From: an uncultured Candidatus Berkelbacteria bacterium
GTDB taxonomy: Bacteria > Patescibacteriota > UBA1384 > UBA12157 > JAENIV01
NCBI GenBank assembly: GCA_963698075.1
Contig: OY969116.1
Span: 798,131-862,130 of the forward strand
Reading direction: 5' to 3'
Length of the DNA: 64,000 bases
In this document: positions 53,956-63,957 of the stretch, in pieces
How the letters are laid out: the number at the start of each line of letters is the position of its first letter
Position numbering within the stretch: position 1 is the first letter of the stretch
Notes under the pieces: model-generated
The model's input: the letters and a program-made list of their open reading frames with translations, nothing else
What the model was told of the DNA's origin: nothing
Databases searched by the model: none
Translations under genes and position numbers: made by a program

Positions 53956-55812
53956 CTAATCTTTGGTGACTCGCCAGATTTCTTCAAGGGTGGTTAAACC
54001 ATCAATCGCTTTGAGAATTCCATCTTGTTTCATTGTCACCATCCCATTTTTAACTGCTTGGGCTCCCAAATTTGTTCCGGAAGCTCTTTTGGCGACCATT
54101 TCCTTTAAATCGTCAGTTAATTGGAAAATCTCAAAAATCCCGATCCTTCCTTTGTAGCCCGATCCGCTACAATTATCGCAGCCTTTGCCGTGGAAAAATT
54201 CGACTTTGGTAGGCTGCTGGGCACCAGGTGGTAGGTTTTTGAGTTCTTTTTCGGCGACGTCTTTTTCCCCGGTCTCAATTTGGAGGGCTTCTTTGCAGTT
54301 TTCGCAGATTCTCCGACAAAGTCTTTGAGCAACCACACAGTTTACGGATGAATTGACGAGGAAGGGTTCGATCTTCATATCGATAAGCCGGGGAATGGCT
54401 CCCGCCGCATCATTGGTGTGTAAAGTTGACAAAACAATATGACCAGTTAAGGCGGCGTGGACCGCCATGTCAGCCGTTTCATAATCACGAATTTCGCCAA
54501 TCATAATGACATTGGGATCCTGACGGACAATCGATCTTAGACCATTGGCAAAAGTAAAACCAATTTGGGGATGAACCTGAGCCTGGTTGATGGTTTGCAT
54601 GCGATATTCCACCGGATCTTCTAAAGTAACAATATTGATACCGACATTTTTAATTTTATCGATGACGGCATATAAAGTGGTAGTTTTGCCTGAGCCGGTC
54701 GGGCCAGTAACCAAAATCATTCCATGAGCCTTGTGAATGTTTTCGTCCAAAACCTTAAAAGCTGTTCCTCTTAAACCAAGTTGTTCCAAAGTTAAAATGC
54801 CAGATGATTTATCTAAAATTCTGGCCACCACCTTTTCGCCATTAACCGTCGGTAAAGTTGAGACTCGAAAATCAACCTCGGCACCATCAACCACAGTTTG
54901 AAAACGACCGTCTTGGGGAAGACGAGTTTCATCAATTTTAAGGTCCGACAAAATTTTTATTCTCGAGACAATCGCCGGTTGTATTTCCTTGGGCAAAGAG
55001 ATTATTTTTCTCAAGATGCCGTCAATCCGGAAGCGAACAGTGACTTGATCTTCCTCGGGTTCAATGTGAATATCAGAAGCTTTTTCGCGAACCGCTCGTT
55101 TATAAAGAGATTGGACGATTTTAGCTGCCGGCGCCGTTTCCTCAATTTCTTCTTTTTTAATTACCGGCCCCTCTTTTTTTGTCGGTTTTAACTCTTCTTC
55201 CTCTTCTTCGGCTGACTCAACAATTTTTTTGAGCTCTCCGGAAAGCGCCGAGTATTGATCCAAGACATGATTGAGATCGGCCTGGGTGCAGATTCGAATA
55301 TCTAATTCTTTGCCTGTTTTCTTTTTGACGAATTCAATCGCCTCACGATCCTCAGGATCAATCATTGCCACCACCAGCCGTCCTTCTTTTTCTTCAATGG
55401 GTACAATTTGATAATGACGAGCAATGTGTTCGGGAAGAAGACTTAAGACTCTTTTGGGAACAGTCGTTTTTGAGAGGTCAATATAGGAGATATTTATCGC
55501 CGGGGTAAAGACGGCTTCGCCGGTCACTTTTTTACCGCCAGCAATTTCCTCTTTAAATTCTGGGCTGGGCCGGAAGCGGGGAATGGTCTTTTCCAAAGAT
55601 AAATAGGTCTTGGAAGGGTTACGGACATCCTTGACGGTTCTTGAAGGATATTTAATCATTACAAAATTACCAAAACCAGGGATATTGACGCTCCGACCGG
55701 CTAAAAGCTCTTTAGAAATAGTATTTTGGATTGAATCTAGGGTTTTTGAAACACTTTCTAAATCAATATTGGAGTTTTTTGCCACCAATTTTTTGAGTTC
55801 TTTCGATGTCAA
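53956..55812 (-). CDS. pilB: PilB/GspE extension ATPase with an N-terminal HU/IHF-like domain
   Basis: ASDIHIEP, GPTGSGKTT, RQDPNVIMIGEIRD and tetra-Cys; first ~90 aa HU-like (VNIPGFGNF...RNP...PRFRPS); TTG start with GGAGG. Confidence 0.92.
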   Translation of the reverse strand: MTSKELKKLVAKNSNIDLESVSKTLDSIQNTISKELLAGRSVNIPGFGNFVMIKYPSRTVKDVRNPSKTYLSLEKTIPRFRPSPEFKEEIAGGKKVTGEAVFTPAINISYIDLSKTTVPKRVLSLLPEHIARHYQIVPIEEKEGRLVVAMIDPEDREAIEFVKKKTGKELDIRICTQADLNHVLDQYSALSGELKKIVESAEEEEEELKPTKKEGPVIKKEEIEETAPAAKIVQSLYKRAVREKASDIHIEPEEDQVTVRFRIDGILRKIISLPKEIQPAIVSRIKILSDLKIDETRLPQDGRFQTVVDGAEVDFRVSTLPTVNGEKVVARILDKSSGILTLEQLGLRGTAFKVLDENIHKAHGMILVTGPTGSGKTTTLYAVIDKIKNVGINIVTLEDPVEYRMQTINQAQVHPQIGFTFANGLRSIVRQDPNVIMIGEIRDYETADMAVHAALTGHIVLSTLHTNDAAGAIPRLIDMKIEPFLVNSSVNCVVAQRLCRRICENCKEALQIETGEKDVAEKELKNLPPGAQQPTKVEFFHGKGCDNCSGSGYKGRIGIFEIFQLTDDLKEMVAKRASGTNLGAQAVKNGMVTMKQDGILKAIDGLTTLEEIWRVTKD

Positions 55813-55924
55813 AAGCCCCTCCTACACATAAAACGATAACGTTTGCACGTTTAAATTTATTGTAGCACAATTTGAATTTACTTAAAATAAATGTTAAAAC
55901 TTAAATGTTCTTAAAATTATAACT

Positions 55925-57457
55925 ATGGTCCTTTATCGAAAATATCGTCCCCAAAAATTTGCTGACATTGTTGGTCAGGAGCACGTCACCAAGACCTTAT
56001 CGAATGCTTTAGCTTCCTTGAAATTTGGCCATGCTTATCTTTTTGCTGGGCCGAAGGGTTCAGGAAAAACGACCATCGCTCGGATTATGGCCAAAGCTTT
56101 AAATTGTACTGGCCGAAGATTAGCCAAAGACTCATTCGAACCCTGCAATCGTTGTCTCTCTTGCAAAGAAATTATGGCGGGCAAATCGCTTGATTTAATT
56201 GAAATTGACGCTGCCTCCAACCGCGGCATTGATGAAATAAGGGAGTTGAGGGAGAAAATCCGTTTTGCCCCGACAAGCTCCCAATTTAAAATCTATATTA
56301 TTGATGAAGTTCATATGCTCACCAAAGAAGCTTTCAACGCCCTTTTAAAAACCCTTGAAGAGCCGCCAAAGCATGCCATTTTTATCATGGCAACAACCGA
56401 ACCGCAAAAAATTTTGCCCACAATTCTCTCGCGAGTCCAAAGGTTCGATTTTCACAAGGCCACTCTCGAAGAAATCAGCAAATTATTAGAAAGGGTTACA
56501 AGAAACGAAGGAATAAAAATCAATGAGGATGCTCTAAAACTTATTGGTCAACTGGCTTTTGGTTCTTACCGCGATGCCCTTTCCATCATGGAACAGATCT
56601 CATCTTTGCGGCAGACCGCAGCTTCAAGGGTCACCCTTGAACAAGTTCAAGAAATCTTGGGTCTGGCTCAAGAAAAAACGGTCTTTGATTTTATCGAATT
56701 GCTCTCTAGGAAAGACCGTCAAAAAGCTTTTCGCCTGATTGATAGGTTGTATTATCAAGGAATTGATCTAGAAAATTTCACCATCAAACTCATCGAAGTT
56801 TTAAGAAAAATCGCTCTCTTAAAAATTGGTGAGGACCAGCTATTTGATTTAACCCGCGAACAACAAGTTCAAGTAAAAGTTTTGTCTCAAAAGTTTTCGA
56901 TTGAAGAATTAATGGGTTATATTGCCAAATTTACCGATAGTATCCACAAAATTAAATCCGCCCATCTGCCGGCTTTGCCCTTGGAGATGGTGGTTTATGA
57001 GATAACGCAATCTTCAAATAAAACTGATGAAGGCCGAGGGGATGCCCCGAGCGAAGTGGCGGTGTCCCGAACGAAGTTCGAGACTAGGCTGGCTAGGGTG
57101 CCCGAGAGCGAGGGGCGACCCGAGGCCGACAAAAGTTCTTTCTCCAAAAATTTATGGCCTCAAATCATTCAAGAGGCCCGCACTCATAACCATTCGTTGG
57201 GCGCTTTGCTTCGCGACGCTACAATCGCCGGTTGCCAGAGTGGCATCGTTACCTTAGCTTTTAAATTCAAATTCCATGCGGACGTGGTTTCGGGCAAGAA
57301 AAACACTCAAATGGTGGAGGAAATCATTTCGAAAATCACTGGTTCTCAATATAAAGTCTCTTGTGTTGTTGACCCTGCTCTCGTGATCCAAAAACCCCTC
57401 GACCCCGATGAAGAACTCTTAAATGGGGCAAAGGAAGTTTTTGAGGTGGAAGAGTAA
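55925..57457 (+). CDS. dnaX: DNA polymerase III gamma/tau subunit
   Basis: LYRKYRPQKF, GPKGSGKTT, EIDAASNRG and IIDEVHML. Confidence 0.97.
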   Translation: MVLYRKYRPQKFADIVGQEHVTKTLSNALASLKFGHAYLFAGPKGSGKTTIARIMAKALNCTGRRLAKDSFEPCNRCLSCKEIMAGKSLDLIEIDAASNRGIDEIRELREKIRFAPTSSQFKIYIIDEVHMLTKEAFNALLKTLEEPPKHAIFIMATTEPQKILPTILSRVQRFDFHKATLEEISKLLERVTRNEGIKINEDALKLIGQLAFGSYRDALSIMEQISSLRQTAASRVTLEQVQEILGLAQEKTVFDFIELLSRKDRQKAFRLIDRLYYQGIDLENFTIKLIEVLRKIALLKIGEDQLFDLTREQQVQVKVLSQKFSIEELMGYIAKFTDSIHKIKSAHLPALPLEMVVYEITQSSNKTDEGRGDAPSEVAVSRTKFETRLARVPESEGRPEADKSSFSKNLWPQIIQEARTHNHSLGALLRDATIAGCQSGIVTLAFKFKFHADVVSGKKNTQMVEEIISKITGSQYKVSCVVDPALVIQKPLDPDEELLNGAKEVFEVEE

Positions 57458-57458
57458 A

Positions 57459-58070
57459 CTATTGACTTAACTTAAAGCTGGCGATTATGCCGGCTGTATC
57501 ATTATCTAAATTAAAATCACTTGGAGGATTACCATTAGCATGACTCCAACCAAAGGCATACTGACTATTTTTAGTAATTAAGGTATCGTGTGGTCCATCG
57601 GATGCTTCGACGTCATTCCATTGAGAAAGGGTATAAACGCTAATGGCAAATGGTGAATAAAAACCAGCATCTGCCGTGCTATCCCCGGTGGCATTTTTGT
57701 CAGTGGTTGGGACATTTATATAATAAGTTATCTCCGCGCCGGCGATATTTGCTTCTTTCATTTTGTAGCCCTCCCAAGTTGCCGGGAAAGTTAAAGTAAA
57801 ACCATATTTGGTGTTGGTGTAAGTCAGATCTGATGACGAAGATTTACTGGGAGAAGATGTTGGACTAGCACTAGTTTTAGCGCTGGGTGAAGCTGTGATT
57901 GATTTTGTTGGACTTGGGCTAGCAGTGACTGTTGTTTTGGATCCCTTATAGATTCCAAAGTAATAGTATAAACCGCCGCCAATAATCACGATTGCTAAAA
58001 CAATCAACAGCCATTTTAGATTGCTTTCCGGCGCTGGTGCCACCGGTTTAGATGGTTGTGGTTGATTCAT
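57459..58070 (-). CDS. Membrane-anchored Ser/Thr/Pro-linker surface protein
   Basis: TM helix and S/T/P linker followed by a YTNTKYGFTLTFPATW domain start. Confidence 0.75.
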   Translation of the reverse strand: MNQPQPSKPVAPAPESNLKWLLIVLAIVIIGGGLYYYFGIYKGSKTTVTASPSPTKSITASPSAKTSASPTSSPSKSSSSDLTYTNTKYGFTLTFPATWEGYKMKEANIAGAEITYYINVPTTDKNATGDSTADAGFYSPFAISVYTLSQWNDVEASDGPHDTLITKNSQYAFGWSHANGNPPSDFNLDNDTAGIIASFKLSQ

Positions 58071-58094
58071 AATTCCTCCTTAGTTGAATATTTC

Positions 58095-58493
58095 TTATGG
58101 TGTTGCTGATGGTGTTGGAGTAGGTGGGGATGTCGGCGATGGCGAGGGAGTAGGTGTGGGAGAGGGCGACGGGCTCGGCGATGGCGAGGGAGTAGGGGTT
58201 TTTGTTGGCGTCAATGACGGGCTGGGACTGGGTGAAGGTGATGGCGATAGTGAAGGTGTGTGAGTAATCGTAAAAGAAGGACTTGGACTTTCCGAAGTCT
58301 CTGCCTTGGCTCCGATTTTATTTTTTAAATAAAAACCTCCCAGTGTTAAGATAAATGAGCCGACAGCAACAATCATAAATAAAAGCCATTTGGGAAATCT
58401 TGGCTTGGCTGGAATCGCTGGTCGGATTGTTTGATAGGACTGATTCAAATTATTCCTACTATATATAGTATACACTTTTTCCACTGAATCCAC
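58095..58493 (-). CDS. Single-TM protein with an (SP/TP)n tail
   Basis: [23 protein letters not shown]; start placed at GTG 58493 to avoid the dnaB overlap (uncertain). Confidence 0.6.
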   Translation of the reverse strand: MDSVEKVYTIYSRNNLNQSYQTIRPAIPAKPRFPKWLLFMIVAVGSFILTLGGFYLKNKIGAKAETSESPSPSFTITHTPSLSPSPSPSPSPSLTPTKTPTPSPSPSPSPSPTPTPSPSPTSPPTPTPSATP

Positions 58494-58541
58494 ATCTTCC
58501 ACACCGTTGACAGCATTGATAGCATTATAGCAATATGCAAT

Positions 58542-58550
58542 TGTGGATAA
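58542..58550 (-). promoter_or_regulatory. Consensus DnaA box upstream of dnaB
   Basis: TGTGGATAA is the reverse complement of TTATCCACA. Confidence 0.5.
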
Positions 58551-58570
58551 AATCTTTTTCAAGGAGACGA

Positions 58571-59917
58571 ATGGCTGATCTTGTTGCCAAAATTCCACCG
58601 CAAAACATTGAAGCTGAACAATCAGTTTTGGGTTCTCTTTTAATGGATAAAGATGCCATTATTAAAGTCGCTGATATTTTGAGAACCGATGATTTTTATC
58701 GTGAAGACCACGCCACCATTTACGGTTGTATTTTGAAGCTTTTTGAAAAGCGCAAACCGATTGATGTCGTTACTTTAACTGACGAACTCGAAAAAGATAA
58801 AAAGCTCAAAGATGTCGGTGGTGCTTCTTACATTACCACTTTAGTCAATTCGGTGCCGACGTCAGCCCATGTGACGACCTATGCCAATATTGTTCATCAA
58901 AAAGCCACTTTAAGACGTCTTATTTCTGCCGCCGCCTCGATCACAGAGATCGGTTTTGATGAAACCGCAGATCTAGAAACGATTTTAGATAAAGCCGAAA
59001 GTACTCTTTTTAGCGTTTCTCAGAAATATGTCAAGCAATATTTTACGCCGATTAAGGACGTCCTAGAAGAATCATTCGATCGAATTGATAAACTTCACAA
59101 AGAAAAAGGCGTTCTCCGCGGAGTGCCGACAGGTTTCCGGGATTTGGATAATCTCTTGGCTGGTCTCCAACGCTCGGATTTAATAGTGCTGGCTGCCCGG
59201 CCTTCGATTGGCAAGTCATCACTGGCTTTAAATATAGCTGATCATGTGGCTTGCGAGGCAAAATTGCCAGTCGGTCTTTTTTCTTTGGAAATGTCCAAAG
59301 AGCAGGTGATTGATCGCTTTTTGTGTTTGCGCGGTTCAGTTGATTCTTGGAAACTAAGAACCGGCAATTTAGAAGATGAAGATTTTGGCAAATTAAACTA
59401 TGCCATGGGCGTACTTTCCGAGGCGCCGATTTTTATTGACGACTCGCCCTTTTTAAACGTGATGGAAATTAGAACCAAGGCCCGCCGTCTCCAAGTTGAA
59501 CATGATTTAGGACTAATTATTATTGATTATATGCAGCTTATGTCTGGCATGGGAACGCGCAATGTTGATAACCGTGTCCAAGAAGTTTCGGAAATTTCTC
59601 GCTCTTTGAAAGCCCTGGCGCGGGAATTAAATGTGCCGGTTTTAGCGATTTCTCAACTTTCTCGGGCGGTTGAACACCGTCCCGACAAACGGCCGATGCT
59701 CGCTGATTTGCGTGAATCTGGCAGTATCGAGCAGGATGCTGATGTCGTGATGTTCATCTATCGCGACGATTATTACGACAAAGATTCCGACAAAAAAAAT
59801 CTCGCCGAGATTTTAATCCGTAAACATCGCAATGGTCCGACTGGCGATATTGAGCTCTATTTTAAACCCGAATTTATGAAGTTTGCCTCAGTTGAGAAAA
59901 AAATAAAAGAAGAGTAG
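58571..59917 (+). CDS. dnaB: Replicative DNA helicase
   Basis: [30 protein letters not shown] and [13 protein letters not shown]; SD AAGGAG. Confidence 0.98.
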   Translation: MADLVAKIPPQNIEAEQSVLGSLLMDKDAIIKVADILRTDDFYREDHATIYGCILKLFEKRKPIDVVTLTDELEKDKKLKDVGGASYITTLVNSVPTSAHVTTYANIVHQKATLRRLISAAASITEIGFDETADLETILDKAESTLFSVSQKYVKQYFTPIKDVLEESFDRIDKLHKEKGVLRGVPTGFRDLDNLLAGLQRSDLIVLAARPSIGKSSLALNIADHVACEAKLPVGLFSLEMSKEQVIDRFLCLRGSVDSWKLRTGNLEDEDFGKLNYAMGVLSEAPIFIDDSPFLNVMEIRTKARRLQVEHDLGLIIIDYMQLMSGMGTRNVDNRVQEVSEISRSLKALARELNVPVLAISQLSRAVEHRPDKRPMLADLRESGSIEQDADVVMFIYRDDYYDKDSDKKNLAEILIRKHRNGPTGDIELYFKPEFMKFASVEKKIKEE

Positions 59918-59923
59918 GTGGCC

Positions 59924-59952
59924 TTGACTTTTGTTCTCAAATGGTGTATACT
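59924..59952 (+). promoter_or_regulatory. Sigma70 promoter of the candidate ncRNA
   Basis: TTGACT-N17-TATACT. Confidence 0.65.
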
Positions 59953-59958
59953 ATTTTA

Positions 59959-60259
59959 ATATTGAGAATTTAGACGTTAGGGAAAAGGTTAAGAGGAGGG
60001 GATGTTCTCCTAGCCTTATCCCTGCCGTTACCGAAAACCCCGCAAAACTCGCTTCGCTCGTCGCGGGGCAAGCAAAAACAAAAATAAAATGTACTTTACC
60101 AATTACGGCAGGAACGACAGGGTGAAGTTATGCTTTCCTTACTGCAACGCTTAGCGTTGTGGTAGGGACAAAGCCAATTACTTTGCCCTTACCACAAAGG
60201 CGCGACGCGCGGTCAATAATTAAAGTTTATTTGGGCCGATAGCGATCGCGCCTTTTTTT
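59959..60259 (+). ncRNA. Candidate structured ncRNA of about 300 nt, unknown class
   Basis: Promoter, at least four long helices with + strand G-U pairs, terminal ggcgcga/tcgcgcc stem plus T7, and no convincing ORF. Confidence 0.55.
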
Positions 60260-60288
60260 ATCCAAAAATTTTGTTACAATATGTCTAC

Positions 60289-62166
60289 ATGAACTCCAAA
60301 ATTTTTGAAGGACTAAATGAACGTCAGATCGAAGCAGTCAAAACTACTGAAGGGCCTGTTCTAATATTGGCTGGGGCTGGCTCTGGTAAAACTAAAGCCT
60401 TGACACATCGCGTCGCCTATTTAATCCGACATAAAAAAGTTTCGCCCTACAATATTTTAGTCGTTACTTTTACTAACAAGGCGGCCGAAGAAATGATCGG
60501 TCGTATTAATAAACTCCTTGGCCAACAAAAACAAATTCTTCATCAAAAGATTCCCAAATTATTGCCTTGGGCGGGCACTTTCCATTCAATCTCAGCCAAA
60601 ATCCTTAGAAAAGAAATTGAACCATTAGGTTTCCGACGCTCCTTTTTAATTTATGATGAAGACGATTCTTTAAATGCGATCAAACACGCCATGGATACTC
60701 TCGAGATTGATAAAAAACAATACAATCCGACGGCCATAAAAAACTTCATTTCCGGCGCCAAAAACGAACTCATCACATCGACTCAATATCAAAAATATGC
60801 CCAGGGCTACTTTGGCGAGATTGTCCAAAAAGTTTATGCCGAATATCAGAAAGATCTTAAAGCGGCCAATGCTTTAGACTTTGACGATTTGATTATGAAA
60901 ACCGTCCAACTTTTCCAAGAATTTCCCGAAGTGCTCCAGCGCTGGCAAGTATTATTCAAATATATTTTGGTTGATGAATATCAAGACACCAATCACGCCC
61001 AATATATTTTGATTAATCTTTTAGTAAAAAAACATCCCCAGCATGCGAATCTTTTTGTCATTGGCGATGATTATCAAGCCATTTACGGTTTTCGCGGCGC
61101 CAATTTCCGCAACATTTTAGACTTTGAAAAAGACTACCCAAAAGCCAAAGTAATCAAAATGGAGCAAAATTATCGTTCGACCAAAAATATCATCACTGCC
61201 GCCCAAAACGTGATTGAAAAAAATATCTTGCGTTCTGAAAAAGGTCTTTGGACTGAAAATGAAGAAGGGCTACCGGCCACCATTTTTGAAGCCCAAAATG
61301 AAATTGAAGAGGCGGAGTTTATCATTGACGAAATTAATGCTCTCCGGCACATTGGTCGCTACAACGACTTTGTAATTTTATATCGCACCAATGCCCAATC
61401 GCGCATTTTTGAGGAAGTTTTAATGCAGAATAATTTGCCGTATCGGTTAGTCGGAGCCTTGCGGTTTTATGAACGCAAAGAAATCAAAGATATTTTGGCT
61501 TATTTAAAATTAATCGCCAATCCGGCCGACAAAGTATCTTTGCGAAGAATTATCAATGTCCCCCCGCGAGGCATCGGCAAGATGACGAATTATGAATTAC
61601 GAAGCCCGAAAACAGAAAAATTTTATCAAATGTTAGAGGATTTAAGAATATCCGCCAGGCGATTAAAACTGCCCGAACTCATTGATCTGGTGGCAGAAAA
61701 ATCCAGTTATCGCGATTGGGTTTTAGACGGCACCGAAGAAGGAGAGATGAGGTATGAAAATATTTCAGAGCTGAAGTCCGTGGCATCTCGGGCGGATAAC
61801 CCGCCTGCCGGCGAGGCAGGCTTAGAAACGTTTTTAGAAAATGTCACTTTGGTTTCTGATATTGATAATTATGACCGGGCAGCTGATGCGGTCACACTCA
61901 TGACTTTACATAACGCTAAGGGTTTAGAATTTCCAATTGTCTTTATGGTGGGGATGGAAGAAGGTTTGTTTCCTCACGCCCGCTCAATGTTTGAACCTTC
62001 TGAACTTGAAGAAGAACGACGACTCTGCTACGTCGGCATGACCCGAGCCCAGAAACGACTTTATCTAACCTATGCGGCGGCGCGGATGATCTACGGCACC
62101 ACCTCGGCCAATCAACCTTCAAGATTCATCTCAGATATCCCGAATGAATTGACGGAAAGGATCTGA
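60289..62166 (+). CDS. pcrA: UvrD/PcrA family DNA helicase
   Basis: LAGAGSGKT, LVDEYQDTN, EQNYRST and EEERRLCYVGMTRA. Confidence 0.95.
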   Translation: MNSKIFEGLNERQIEAVKTTEGPVLILAGAGSGKTKALTHRVAYLIRHKKVSPYNILVVTFTNKAAEEMIGRINKLLGQQKQILHQKIPKLLPWAGTFHSISAKILRKEIEPLGFRRSFLIYDEDDSLNAIKHAMDTLEIDKKQYNPTAIKNFISGAKNELITSTQYQKYAQGYFGEIVQKVYAEYQKDLKAANALDFDDLIMKTVQLFQEFPEVLQRWQVLFKYILVDEYQDTNHAQYILINLLVKKHPQHANLFVIGDDYQAIYGFRGANFRNILDFEKDYPKAKVIKMEQNYRSTKNIITAAQNVIEKNILRSEKGLWTENEEGLPATIFEAQNEIEEAEFIIDEINALRHIGRYNDFVILYRTNAQSRIFEEVLMQNNLPYRLVGALRFYERKEIKDILAYLKLIANPADKVSLRRIINVPPRGIGKMTNYELRSPKTEKFYQMLEDLRISARRLKLPELIDLVAEKSSYRDWVLDGTEEGEMRYENISELKSVASRADNPPAGEAGLETFLENVTLVSDIDNYDRAADAVTLMTLHNAKGLEFPIVFMVGMEEGLFPHARSMFEPSELEEERRLCYVGMTRAQKRLYLTYAAARMIYGTTSANQPSRFISDIPNELTERI

Positions 62167-62285
62167 CATCCACGAATCTTTTACACGCACACCGAAGGTA
62201 GGCATGCATAGACGCGAATTGATATTTAAGATAGAATAGAAATGCTATTGGAGGATATATAGTCGTATTTATTATTGCCATTTGG

Positions 62286-63158
62286 ATGGTGCTGGCCAAT
62301 CAACATCCCAACCTTGAACCCACGGTCTCCGGCGTAGTTGATTCTTCTGACCCCAATCATCCGGTTGAGGTTTATTACGGTTCGCCCACCGACCATTCTT
62401 TAGCAGATATGCTTTCTGATCTGGGGATAAGAATTTATGACCAAGATAAATCCAGGGTTTTTCCCGCCCCAGAATTAGGCCTTGGCAGTAAAATTACCAT
62501 TGAGAGAGCTTTACCCGTCGCCGTTGATGATGCGGGTAAGATCTCCATTTTTCGTACTTGGGCAACCCAGGTTAAAGATTTTTTAGGCGAACAAAACATT
62601 ATTTTGGGCGATAAAGATAAAATCAGCCCTGATCTTAATACCTGGTTAAGACCAGAGACGAAAATCACTATTGTCCGAGTCGCGGAAACCGAACTCAAAG
62701 AAGAAGAATCAGTCCCTTTTAAAACTATCAGTAAAAATGATCCGAATATGGACAAAGGCCAGACACACGTCGAGCAGGCAGGTAAAAATGGCACTAAAAT
62801 AAAAACCTATCTTGTGCGTCGCGAAAATGGAATAGAGGTCGCGCGAACGCTTGAAAAAGAAGAAGTCACTCAGGAATCCCAAGATAAAATTGTTTATGTA
62901 GGCACGCGCGTCGTTGTTTTAGGACAAGGAATGGCCAGTTGGTATGATTGGATTTCCGGTATGACCGCCGCCCATAATTCCCTACCGATGGGTTCCTTCG
63001 TTCGCGTCACCGCGGTCAATTCTGGTCGTTCAATTGTCGTCAAAATTGTGGATCGGGGAATCCAGACAGACGCCATCATTGATTTATCCGCCGATGCCTT
63101 TTCGCAGTTGGCACCGCTAGGGGCGGGAATTATCCCCGTGGTTTTGACAAAGGAATAA
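62286..63158 (+). CDS. DUF348 + G5 + RlpA-like (DPBB) cell-wall protein; start uncertain
   Basis: VKDFLGEQNIILGDKDKISP, G5 (QAGKNG...IVYVGT) and GMASWY...TAAH...DRG...IIDLS. Confidence 0.85.
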   Translation: MVLANQHPNLEPTVSGVVDSSDPNHPVEVYYGSPTDHSLADMLSDLGIRIYDQDKSRVFPAPELGLGSKITIERALPVAVDDAGKISIFRTWATQVKDFLGEQNIILGDKDKISPDLNTWLRPETKITIVRVAETELKEEESVPFKTISKNDPNMDKGQTHVEQAGKNGTKIKTYLVRRENGIEVARTLEKEEVTQESQDKIVYVGTRVVVLGQGMASWYDWISGMTAAHNSLPMGSFVRVTAVNSGRSIVVKIVDRGIQTDAIIDLSADAFSQLAPLGAGIIPVVLTKE

Positions 63159-63159
63159 A

Positions 63160-63957
63160 ATGTTTCGTCCTAAAAAAGCCCTGGGGCAAAATTTTTTAAT
63201 CAACGAATCAATCTTACCTACTATTATTAATGCGGCTGAAATCAAAAAAGGCGATATCATTATTGAGATAGGTCCTGGATTAGGAATCCTCACAAAAGCA
63301 CTTTTAGACGCCGGGGCCAAAGTTTTTGCGATTGAAAAAGATTTTGATTTAATTGCCAAATTAACGCAGACTTTTGGCGACCGCAAAAATCTCAAAATCG
63401 TTCACCAAGATGCTTTGTTTTTCGATTTTTCCCATTTTAAGCGCTATAAAGTTGTCTCTAATCTGCCGTTCTATATTGCCTCACCGATAATTAGAAAATT
63501 TTTAGAAAGCCAAAACCAGCCGGAGCTGATGGTTCTGATGATTCAAAAAGAAGTGGCCGAGAAGATTCTCGCCAAGCCGGGGAATTCGGAAAGGGGAATT
63601 CTGACATTATCAGTCGAATTTTACGGCAATGCCGAAATCATCGCCGAAGTCTCAAAAAATAGTTTTCGTCCTCAGCCCAAAGTTGATGCTGCGATTATTA
63701 GGATTAAACCATTAACCCACCCCAGGGGTGGGATAGAACAGGTTGAGCCAAAACAATTTTTTCGCATTGTTAAAGCCGGTTTTTCCGCTAAACGCCAGCA
63801 GATTCATAATTCTTTAACGGCGACATTAAGATTGCCAAAAGACGAAATCGAAAAATGGCTAAAAAAATCCAGCATTGATCCGCAACTCCGCGCCGAGGAT
63901 TTGAGCCTAGAAGATTGGCTGAGACTGAGTCAAAATTGTATACTTAAATTAAGATAA
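63160..63957 (+). CDS. rsmA: 16S rRNA A1518/A1519 dimethyltransferase
   Basis: KKALGQNFL, EIGPGLGILT, VSNLPFYI and FRPQPKVDA. Confidence 0.96.
   Translation: MFRPKKALGQNFLINESILPTIINAAEIKKGDIIIEIGPGLGILTKALLDAGAKVFAIEKDFDLIAKLTQTFGDRKNLKIVHQDALFFDFSHFKRYKVVSNLPFYIASPIIRKFLESQNQPELMVLMIQKEVAEKILAKPGNSERGILTLSVEFYGNAEIIAEVSKNSFRPQPKVDAAIIRIKPLTHPRGGIEQVEPKQFFRIVKAGFSAKRQQIHNSLTATLRLPKDEIEKWLKKSSIDPQLRAEDLSLEDWLRLSQNCILKLR

Noticed and set aside
59931-60125. 64-aa ORF between dnaB and pcrA
   Set aside because: It starts inside the promoter, has no SD or motif, and the region is better explained as structured RNA
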